NCBI RefSeq assembly: GCF_009734345.1
Contig: NZ_CP032551.1
Location: forward strand, 1,710,001 to 1,742,000
Length of the DNA stretch: 32,000 bases
Source: Pseudidiomarina andamanensis
GTDB lineage: Bacteria > Pseudomonadota > Gammaproteobacteria > Enterobacterales > Alteromonadaceae
Reading direction: 5' to 3'
The notes beneath the pieces were generated by a model, which ran no database searches, was not told the origin of the DNA, and saw only the letters and a program-made list of their open reading frames with translations. Positions 24,922-32,000 of this stretch are shown piece after piece (position 1 is the stretch's first letter; each line of letters starts with the position of its first letter). The position numbers were made by a program, and so were the translations under genes.

Positions 24922-26741
24922 GTGCGTTCGCTTGCGCTCGAGCGCCAGCAATACTGGTGTCGTGCTGTTTACGATGGTAGTGGCGCGCTTGATGTTCTTT
25001 GCGACGTCCTGAGCTAAATGCCGACACCCGTTTCAAATAACCAATCACACGCGTCCCATAATCCACGTCTTCTGAACCACATGATGAACACTCGCATAAG
25101 GTGCGTTTATCGATGTGCTCGCAGTCATTACAGATGGTGATTTTCACGTTGATACAGAAGTAGTTGCAGCCTGTGGTTGCGGCAATATTCAGCATCGACA
25201 AATAACCATCTTCATTGAGCTTTTCGTCAAGATTTAAATGTAATGCTGAGCCACCATCCAAGAATTCAATTAACTCGTTACCGTGCATGATAAATTTATC
25301 CAATGAGTTGGTTTGCTCATCTTCAACCACATAGAAATACGAGTTGTAGCAGTCTCGTGGCACAAAGTAGCCATCTTCTCGGTCCCACTTCGCATTTTTC
25401 ACGCCAAGGTTCTCTGCCGGCACAAATTCGGTGTTGAACATATAACCGTAGTCTTGCTTCGCCCGTTTGTTGGCATCGTAAATGACTTTCAAATGACGTT
25501 GCACAAACTCAATGTAGTCGCGGTTGTTACTCGCTACCAAGCCTTGTGACTCCGCAGCTTCAACCATGCCGTTGATACCGATAGTCAAGAACTGCTTATC
25601 AAGCGAAATAAAGCCGGCATCGTAGACGGTGAGCAAGCCTGCATCTTTGTACTCTTCCATAATGCGACGATAAGCCACTTGGTACTTATGAATTTTCTCA
25701 ATTTCGGTGTTCAAATCGCGACCATCTTGCACCAAACGGTTCATATTAATGGTAATGACGTTGATAGAGCCAGTTGCTACACCGCCAGCACCCAATGTGT
25801 AACTAAAGGTATTGTCGGCAATTTCGCTACGCAAGCGACAGCATGAGGCGAGCGAATCTGCATTGGGTGATAAATACACAAAAAACGAATTCCCGTCGGC
25901 AAGCTCATGCGCAATATGGCGTGCAAACTGCTGGTCTTTGCACTGGCCTTCTTCGGTAAGCATAGCCACAGTGACTACCGGGAAGGTTAAGATGGTTTTC
26001 TTGCGTTCTTCGTTAAACCAGTGCAAGAAGAAGTCTTGCAGTTTACTCACAGATTCCCAGCTACTCTTAGTGAAGTCAGGAAATACGAAGTCACCAAACA
26101 TACTGTCAAAGTAGTGTTGGTCGTATACAGAAATATTCCAAAATACACTTTGGTAGCCACGTGCGGCAGCAGGCTGATTCAATGCGTAAACCACGTGTTG
26201 CAGGTGATTTTCAATTTCATGGCGATGGGTTTCAAGGTAGTTATCGCCATAATCACGGCGGGCAAAATGGTCGAAATAAGCCAAGAACTCAACGGTGGCT
26301 ACGGCGCCAGCAAATTGAGAAACTGACCGCAAAAACAAAGTTTACAAAAGTACCGCAGAAACTTTCGAGATGTTTCGGTGCTTTTGACTCACCGCCGAGT
26401 TTCGTCAAGCCATCACGCAAAAACGGATACATGGTGACCGACACACAGTAAGGCTTCAAACTGGTTTCGTCGTGCACGTAAATCTCGTGATCTTCAATTT
26501 GACGGATATACTCATGAGCCAAATCATCACCAAACAGTTCGCCAATTTTGGTACTGACTTGTTTGCGGTTCACTTGCACAAAAAAGTCTTTCATTAATTC
26601 CGCTTCAAGGGTCGCAATGTTCTTTTGGGTGACGTTGGCATTGGCATCCATTTTCGAACCATCAGCAGCGTTTTGTGCAGCTAAGTACTGCTTGATGAAA
26701 TCCATTTTCGCGTCAACTTGTTCAGGGTGTAAGCGCAGCAT
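24905..26741 (-). pseudogene. nrdD: Anaerobic (class III) ribonucleoside-triphosphate reductase NrdD, split by a +1 frameshift as given
   Basis: ORF 26289-26741 ends in ...SFCGTFVNFVFAVS. ORF 24905-26338 carries ...SQFAGAVATVEFLAYF..., a C-terminal Zn ribbon (CNDCEH...CECSSCGS) and the glycyl-radical motif RVIGYL. The two are contiguous NrdD sequence in different frames. The junction is at the AAA run 26320-26322 (minus strand AGTTTCTCAA). Confidence 0.8.
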
Positions 26742-26775
26742 TGTTCCTCTCCATTTATTTATTATTTATAGCCGG

Positions 26776-27228
26776 CTACGTCGTAATAAACCGGCAATTC
26801 AGTCGTTGCTGATTGCGTAAGTCGTAAAACTTCTGGTTGGTGGTGGGGCTATCTAGGCCACCAAGCTCCGCAATCCATGGCCCCGTTTTGAGGTAGGTCA
26901 AGTGTTGTTTCATTGCTAGCGACACATCGTCATAACCGGTGTATAAACACGTTTCGAGGCCGGCGTCGCGGGTCATTTTCAGCAACTCAATAAGGGCATC
27001 GGGTTGCCACTCGCCGCCGAGAAACAAAACACAGGTAATCAGGTTGCGATACTGTGCCAAACGCGTCGCGAAGTAGTCGGTAGTTAGCGCCTCACCACTA
27101 CCCACTGGCCAACTATCGACGCTGTGGCACCCTTTGCATCCCACTGGACAGCCGGTGATGGTATAGGCAAGGGAAACCTCTCCAGGAACCTCCTGAAATA
27201 CCACCTGTTCAGCACTGTATCGCAACAT
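26776..27228 (-). CDS. nrdG: Anaerobic ribonucleotide reductase activating protein NrdG (radical SAM)
   Basis: 150 aa with cluster motif CPVGCKGC and FLGGEW. It lies directly upstream of nrdD (34-nt gap). Confidence 0.85.
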   Translation of the reverse strand: MLRYSAEQVVFQEVPGEVSLAYTITGCPVGCKGCHSVDSWPVGSGEALTTDYFATRLAQYRNLITCVLFLGGEWQPDALIELLKMTRDAGLETCLYTGYDDVSLAMKQHLTYLKTGPWIAELGGLDSPTTNQKFYDLRNQQRLNCRFITT

Positions 27229-27232
27229 GAAA

Positions 27233-27279
27233 TACCTATATATTGTGTAAGGTTATTTATAAATCACCATATATTGTGT
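27233..27279 (-). promoter_or_regulatory. Tandem NrdR boxes (two 16-mers, 31 bp apart)
   Basis: tacctatatattgtgt at 27233-27248 (13/16) and tcaccatatattgtgt at 27264-27279 (14/16). Both are scored against the NrdR-box consensus acaCwAtATaTwGtgt as I recall it. Tandem boxes at about 31-32 bp spacing are the usual arrangement. Confidence 0.6.
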
Positions 27280-27309
27280 TTCAGCATAGTCTCGACACAC
27301 AAAGCTGCT

Positions 27310-27323
27310 TTGATCTAGATCAA
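27310..27323 (-). promoter_or_regulatory. Perfect FNR box TTGAT-CTAG-ATCAA upstream of nrdG-nrdD
   Basis: 10/10 match. It is centred about 40-41 nt upstream of the start site predicted from a minus-strand TATGCT -10 hexamer (27288-27283). That is a class II activator geometry. Confidence 0.65.
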
Positions 27324-27418
27324 TAAAACTACCTCCAATGGGTATACCCCAAACAAACCTTTGCTTTACCCCTTTAGCTCAATTTCTTATGGACTAGGGC
27401 TCTGCCATTCTATACGCG

Positions 27419-27474
27419 GGTAATTTCTACCGAGGCGGTTGAATTGACCGCTGAAGAATTGGGTTGATTTAACC
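27419..27474 (+). promoter_or_regulatory. Three NorR enhancer boxes (GGT-N7-ACC) upstream of norB
   Basis: GGTaatttctACC at 27419-27431, GGTtgaattgACC at 27437-27449 and GGTtgatttaACC at 27462-27474. All three are perfect. Confidence 0.65.
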
Positions 27475-27516
27475 CAGTTAAATTAAATAACCGTGCTTTT
27501 TCAGTGAGATAAAACT

Positions 27517-27532
27517 TGGCACGGGGCTTGCT
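27517..27532 (+). promoter_or_regulatory. sigma54 (-24/-12) promoter for norB
   Basis: TGGCAC-GGGGC-TTGCT is an exact match to TGGCAC-N5-TTGCW. It lies 42 nt downstream of the proximal NorR box and about 98 nt before ATG 27630. Confidence 0.7.
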
Positions 27533-27629
27533 AGACAATCGACGTGTGCGCAACCCATTCGTAACACAGCGCAAACGTGATTAAAGGGAGAATCAACAAT
27601 GCAACAACATCAACAGCCGGAGGTGCCAA

Positions 27630-29903
27630 ATGGCCGGTTATAAAAAATTATGGTGGATACTAATTGCCATTTTGGCGATTACCTTTGGTGTCCTCGGTTA
27701 TTTCGGTAAAGAAGTTTACCGTGTCGCTCCGCCTATTCCTGATCAAGTCGTGACCGAATCGGGTCAAGTACTGATGACGGAAGAGACGATTCTTGATGGC
27801 CAAACTGCATGGCAATCAGTCGGTGGTATGCAACTTGGCTCAATTTGGGGTCACGGTGCGTATCAAGCACCAGACTGGACAGCAGACTGGTTACACCGCG
27901 AGTTGTTAGCATGGTTAGAAATTACCGCGCAAAACACCTACGGCCAAAGCTATGAAAACTTAACTGAAGCACAACAAAACGCGCTGCAGTTCGAGTTAAA
28001 GCAAGCCTATCGTAATCCACAGTACAACGCTGAAACTGACACTTTAACGGTTGATGCCGTTCGTGCTGAAGCAATTGCACAAACTGCTGAGTACTACAGC
28101 CGTTTATTCAGCGATGACCTGTCACTGCGTAGTACCCGTGAAAGCTATGCAATGAAAGAAAACACGTTGCCAAGCGCAGAACGCCGCGAAGTCATGACGC
28201 AGTTCTTCTTCTGGACTGCTTGGGCCGCTGCTACTGAGCGTCCTGATAGCGACGTGACTTATACCAACAACTGGCCACACGAGCCGTTAATTGATAACAA
28301 ACCAAGCGCAGAGAACCTGATTTGGTCGTTAGTTTCAATTATCTTGTTAATTGCTGGCGTTGGTGGCTTAATTTGGGCGTGGGCATTCTTACGTGAACAT
28401 GACGAAGAAGAGCCTGAAGCACCGAAAAAAGACCCGATTAGCTTGGTCAACTTAACCCCATCACAAAAAGCACTGGGTAAATACTTGTTCTTAGTGATGG
28501 CATTGTTCATTGTGCAAATTTTCTTAGGTGGTTTCACCGCACACTACACTGTTGAAGGCCAAGAATTCTATGGTATCAACGTATCGCAGTGGTTCCCGTA
28601 CTCATTGGTACGTACTTGGCACATTCAGGCCGCACTATTCTGGATTGCAACCGGCTTCTTGGCTGCAGGTTTGTTCCTAGCACCAATCATCAACGGTGGT
28701 AAAGATCCGAAATTCCAAAAACTGGGTGTCGACATCTTGTTCTGGGCACTGGTTGTGGTTGTGGCTGGCTCGTTCATTGGTAACTACTTAGCTATTGCGC
28801 AAATCATGCCTGAGAATCTTAGCTTCTGGTTAGGACACCAAGGTTATGAGTACGTTGATTTAGGCCGTCTCTGGCAAATTGGTAAGTTCACCGGCATCGT
28901 GTTCTGGTTAGGTTTGATGTTGCGTGGCGTTATTGGCGCATTCAAACAACCTGGCGACAAGAACTTGTTGGCTCTATTAACTGCATCAGTCGTCGCGATT
29001 GGCTTGTTCTACGGCGCTGGCTTCTTCTACGGCGAACGTACTCACATCTCAATCATGGAATACTGGCGCTGGTGGATTGTTCACCTGTGGGTAGAAGGCT
29101 TCTTCGAAGTATTCGCAACTGCAGCGTTAGCATTCATCTTCCACAGCATGGGCTTAGTATCACGCCGCATGGCAACTGCAGCCTCATTGGCTTCAGCATC
29201 ATTGTTCATGCTTGGTGGCGTACCAGGTACTTTCCACCACTTGTACTTCTCAGGTACTACGACGCCAATTATGGCTGTCGGCGCGACTTTCTCTGCGCTT
29301 GAAGTAGTACCATTGGTTGTACTTGGCTACGAAGCTTGGGAAAACTGGAGCTTGCAGAAACGTGCTGACTGGATGCAACGCATCAAGTGGCCTCTCATGT
29401 GCTTTGTTGCAGTCGCATTCTGGAACTTCTTGGGTGCCGGCGTATTGGGCTTCATGATTAACCCACCCATTGCGCTGTACTACATTCAAGGCTTGAACAC
29501 CACACCGACTCACGCTCACGCAGCATTGTTCGGGGTGTATGGTTTCTTAGCGATTGGTTTCGTGCTGCTTATCTTGCGCTACATTCGTCCGAACTTCGCG
29601 TTCAACGACAAGATCATGAAAACCGCTTTCTGGTGGATGAACATTGGTCTGTGCATGATGCTGTTCACTAGCTTGTTACCAATTGGCTTCATTCAGTTCT
29701 TCGCATCGGCATCTGAAGGCTTATGGTACGCACGTAGCGAAGAGTTCATGCAACAACCATTGCTAGAAAGCTTACGTTGGATTCGTACTGTTGGTGACGT
29801 GGTGTTTATCATCGGTGGTCTTGCGGTTGCTTATCAGGTTGTCATTGGCCTGTTCGGCAAGCAAGAAGCTGAAGTTGACGCGAAACCTGTCACTGTGAAG
29901 TAA
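27630..29903 (+). CDS. norB: Quinol-dependent nitric oxide reductase (qNOR, long single-subunit NorB/NorZ)
   Basis: 757 aa. The N-terminus MAGYKKLWWILIAILAITFGVLGY is typical of qNOR. There is an N-terminal periplasmic extension followed by a 12-TM haem-copper oxidase core with conserved His residues (HHLYFSG, THAHAALFG). GGAGG lies 7 nt upstream. Confidence 0.9.
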   Translation: MAGYKKLWWILIAILAITFGVLGYFGKEVYRVAPPIPDQVVTESGQVLMTEETILDGQTAWQSVGGMQLGSIWGHGAYQAPDWTADWLHRELLAWLEITAQNTYGQSYENLTEAQQNALQFELKQAYRNPQYNAETDTLTVDAVRAEAIAQTAEYYSRLFSDDLSLRSTRESYAMKENTLPSAERREVMTQFFFWTAWAAATERPDSDVTYTNNWPHEPLIDNKPSAENLIWSLVSIILLIAGVGGLIWAWAFLREHDEEEPEAPKKDPISLVNLTPSQKALGKYLFLVMALFIVQIFLGGFTAHYTVEGQEFYGINVSQWFPYSLVRTWHIQAALFWIATGFLAAGLFLAPIINGGKDPKFQKLGVDILFWALVVVVAGSFIGNYLAIAQIMPENLSFWLGHQGYEYVDLGRLWQIGKFTGIVFWLGLMLRGVIGAFKQPGDKNLLALLTASVVAIGLFYGAGFFYGERTHISIMEYWRWWIVHLWVEGFFEVFATAALAFIFHSMGLVSRRMATAASLASASLFMLGGVPGTFHHLYFSGTTTPIMAVGATFSALEVVPLVVLGYEAWENWSLQKRADWMQRIKWPLMCFVAVAFWNFLGAGVLGFMINPPIALYYIQGLNTTPTHAHAALFGVYGFLAIGFVLLILRYIRPNFAFNDKIMKTAFWWMNIGLCMMLFTSLLPIGFIQFFASASEGLWYARSEEFMQQPLLESLRWIRTVGDVVFIIGGLAVAYQVVIGLFGKQEAEVDAKPVTVK

Positions 29904-29944
29904 CAACTTGTGTTGTTGTCCGTGGTAACCCCACGGTGATGTTA

Positions 29945-29979
29945 GCCCGAGACCTCCCAACCGTCTCGGGCTTTTTTTT
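29945..29979 (+). terminator. Rho-independent terminator of norB
   Basis: 9-bp GC-rich stem GCCCGAGAC / GTCTCGGGC with a 9-nt loop, followed by T8. Confidence 0.75.
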
Positions 29980-29986
29980 GCTTGTT

Positions 29987-30631
29987 TTAAGCCTTGTACT
30001 TCGGTGACAACAGATAACCACGCTCCGTAACATTCGCATCGCCGCCAAGGGTGAAGCCCGGCAGTAATGGCAATACTTCAATAGCGTAATTATCCTGATA
30101 GCTTGTTCGTATTTCGTCGGTATGTATGGCGAACGGTGGGCCTTTCCAATAACCTTCTGGGTATTCAACCATCACTAATAAACCGTTGGCTGCTGATGGT
30201 AATATATGTTGTAAATGGTCGATGTATTTGGTTCTGATTGCGGGCGGTAACGCCACCATGGCCGCACGATCGTACCATGCTGCCACTGTTTGCAAATGCG
30301 CTTCGCTCAGGTCAAAGAAGTCGCCTTGATAAATGCAGATACCCTCTGCGCGATACGCTGTGAAAGGGCCTTCTCGGCTGGTTCGATACGGCAAGTTATG
30401 CTCAGTGAAAAATTCTTGAATTGCCACCTCGCTCAGTTCGATACCAATGACCTGATAGCCTTGCTGAAGCAGCCATTGCATATCGAGCGACTTGCCACAC
30501 AATGGCACAAAAATTGTTGAGCCAGTTTGAGCAACTGATTGGATTTGAGCCGTTAACAACGGGTGGACATCACGGCGATGAAAGCCGATTTCCCGCTTCT
30601 GCCAGCGTTCATGCCAAAACTCATGTTCCAT
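29987..30631 (-). CDS. tpm: Thiopurine S-methyltransferase (Tpm/TPMT family)
   Basis: FWHERWQKREIGFH N-terminal signature and the SAM motif VPLCGKSLDM. I chose ATG 30631, which has GGAG 7 nt upstream. The ORF-track start at 30637 is TTG. Confidence 0.85.
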   Translation of the reverse strand: MEHEFWHERWQKREIGFHRRDVHPLLTAQIQSVAQTGSTIFVPLCGKSLDMQWLLQQGYQVIGIELSEVAIQEFFTEHNLPYRTSREGPFTAYRAEGICIYQGDFFDLSEAHLQTVAAWYDRAAMVALPPAIRTKYIDHLQHILPSAANGLLVMVEYPEGYWKGPPFAIHTDEIRTSYQDNYAIEVLPLLPGFTLGGDANVTERGYLLSPKYKA

Positions 30632-30712
30632 TTGCAACTCCGTATTCGCACATCAGAACGTTTGGCGTTAAACTATACAGTCGCAAGCGCAAACCGCAAC
30701 AATGCAGGTGTT

Positions 30713-32000
30713 ATGAATAAATTTTCAATTGTTACACGTATCGGAATCGCTCTCAGTGCCATGGTGGGATTAACTATCTTGACGCTCTTGGCTTCCTATT
30801 GGCTGTCAGAAAAAGCCGACCACGATGCGTTAGCTATTAATGTTGCGGGGTCACTGCGCTATCAAGCCTATCAGTACAGTTGGCATGTCATGCACTCGCC
30901 CGAAAAAGCTGCGACGGTTGCACAGGCACTCAACGAAAGCTGGCATCACAGTGTGTTCAATCGCTTTCAGCATGAGCAAAGTGCTCTCACCGAATTGTAT
31001 CGAACAACCCAAGCCAGTTGGCAAGGGTTTCAGCAGCGCGTCGAAAGCGGCGAGATTCCAGCCAACCGCTTAATGAATGAAATTGAACCACAAATTGATC
31101 AAATCAATGCGTTTGTCACGGCCATTCAGCAAGATGCTGAAACTCGTATTCGCTCGATTCGCTCCATTCAGGTTTTGAGTTTATTTGCCAGCATTGGCTT
31201 AGCGTTTGTTATTTTTTATTGGTTACGCACGCGTGTTCGCTATCCGTTAGAAGTGTTAACCCAAGCGGCACGCCGCATTGGCCAAGGTGACTTTACTGCG
31301 CGCGTTAAACATCCGATGCGCGACGAGCTCGGCGTATTGGCGGGTACTTTAAATAAAATGAATGAAGCCATTGGCTTTATGTATGGCAACCTTGAAAAGC
31401 GCGTGGACGAGCAGACTCAAGCCATTCAAAAATCAAATATTCGTCTGCAATTTTTGTACGACACCGCACGCATGATTATTGAGCATTCGCCGGGTTATCA
31501 CGATTTCACCGAAATTGTGAATGGCTTAAAACAAGCATCCGAAGTGGATGATATTGAGCTTTGCTTAATCACCGAAGCTGGTAACAAGCCTTATCTGCAG
31601 GTACAACCTATCGGCGCACCATTTGACCCTTGTGAAGGCGTCGACTGTAGCCAGTGTGTGAATGCCGGTGCCGGTGTTTCAATCCAGGACAATCAGCGTA
31701 TTTATCGCTTTGCCATTGAGCGTGAAGATCACAGTTATGGTGTGCTCGTGGCACGCTGTCCGTTATCAGAACAACTCAACGATTGGCAGCAACAGCTAAT
31801 TCAATCGGTTGCTGACCAGCTGGCAGTAGCTCTCAGTTTGAAACAAGAAGAGGAGCAGGTACGGCGTTTAGCGCTTATTCAAGAGCGTACGGTGATTGCC
31901 CGTGAGTTACATGATTCGTTAGCGCAAGCCCTGTCTTATTTAAAAATTCAGGTGACGCGTCTGAACAAAGCCATTGAAAAAGATAATCGTGAAGTGATTG
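30713..32000 (+). CDS. narQ: Nitrate/nitrite sensor histidine kinase NarQ/NarX family; 3' end lies outside the window
   Basis: The frame is open from ATG 30713 to the window end and is absent from the ORF track because it has no stop. Features: TM1, then the periplasmic P-box DALAINVAGSLRYQAYQ, TM2, HAMP (RIGQGDFTARV...DELGVLAGTLNKM), a Cys-containing central domain, and the H-box ERTVIARELHDSLAQALSYLK. Confidence 0.8.
   Translation, partial: MNKFSIVTRIGIALSAMVGLTILTLLASYWLSEKADHDALAINVAGSLRYQAYQYSWHVMHSPEKAATVAQALNESWHHSVFNRFQHEQSALTELYRTTQASWQGFQQRVESGEIPANRLMNEIEPQIDQINAFVTAIQQDAETRIRSIRSIQVLSLFASIGLAFVIFYWLRTRVRYPLEVLTQAARRIGQGDFTARVKHPMRDELGVLAGTLNKMNEAIGFMYGNLEKRVDEQTQAIQKSNIRLQFLYDTARMIIEHSPGYHDFTEIVNGLKQASEVDDIELCLITEAGNKPYLQVQPIGAPFDPCEGVDCSQCVNAGAGVSIQDNQRIYRFAIEREDHSYGVLVARCPLSEQLNDWQQQLIQSVADQLAVALSLKQEEEQVRRLALIQERTVIARELHDSLAQALSYLKIQVTRLNKAIEKDNREVI

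Noticed and set aside
26289-26338. Programmed ribosomal frameshift as an explanation for the split nrdD
   Set aside because: The overlap has no recognisable slippery heptamer plus stimulatory structure or SD-like stimulator. A one-base homopolymer indel, either a mutation or a sequencing error, is the simpler explanation.
30840-31073. 77-aa ORF listed in the track inside the narQ region
   Set aside because: It is off-frame relative to the long open frame starting at ATG 30713, which carries the NarX/NarQ P-box, HAMP and H-box motifs.
1-32000. Looked for mobile elements, defence islands, CRISPR arrays, tRNA or rRNA genes
   Set aside because: I found no transposase, integrase or recombinase-like ORFs, no terminal inverted repeats, no regularly spaced direct repeats and no tRNA-like cloverleaf candidates in the short intergenic regions. 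I saw no obvious compositional break by eye.

Overview
This looks like an ordinary chromosomal segment of a gammaproteobacterium, probably marine or Alteromonadales-like, judged only from protein similarity. I found no transposase, integrase, tRNA, rRNA or CRISPR array. All similarity calls below are from memory, without any database search.

Layout:
- (i) 1-5.0 kb, housekeeping genes: a GNAT fragment, rsmJ, a Prx5-type peroxiredoxin, a YhiN-type flavoprotein, MipA/OmpV and dbpA.
- (ii) 5.0-9.5 kb, minus strand: an Scs-like periplasmic thiol-redox operon (DsbD/ScsB-like, TlpA-like, DsbA/ScsC-like, then an SGNH hydrolase), preceded by a small membrane protein.
- (iii) 9.6-11.0 kb: an SDR oxidoreductase and a GDT1/UPF0016 cation transporter.
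- (iv) 11.1-16.1 kb: an uncharacterised envelope module. It holds a secreted low-complexity repeat protein, an outer-membrane beta-barrel, a convergent S8 subtilase, and a divergent ECF sigma / anti-sigma / lipoprotein operon. Three copies of the same GGAAT-N16/17-CGTTA promoter-like motif tie these units together. This is my best candidate for an undescribed system.
- (v) 16.2-32 kb: a dense anaerobic / nitric-oxide cluster containing fnr, a truncated dnrN/RIC-like hemerythrin, norR, ybaN, nnrS, ubiV, ubiU, ubiT, hemN, nrdD (frameshifted as given), nrdG, a quinol-type norB, tpm and the 5' part of narQ. Its cis-elements are readable: sigma54 promoters, NorR boxes, FNR boxes and NrdR boxes.
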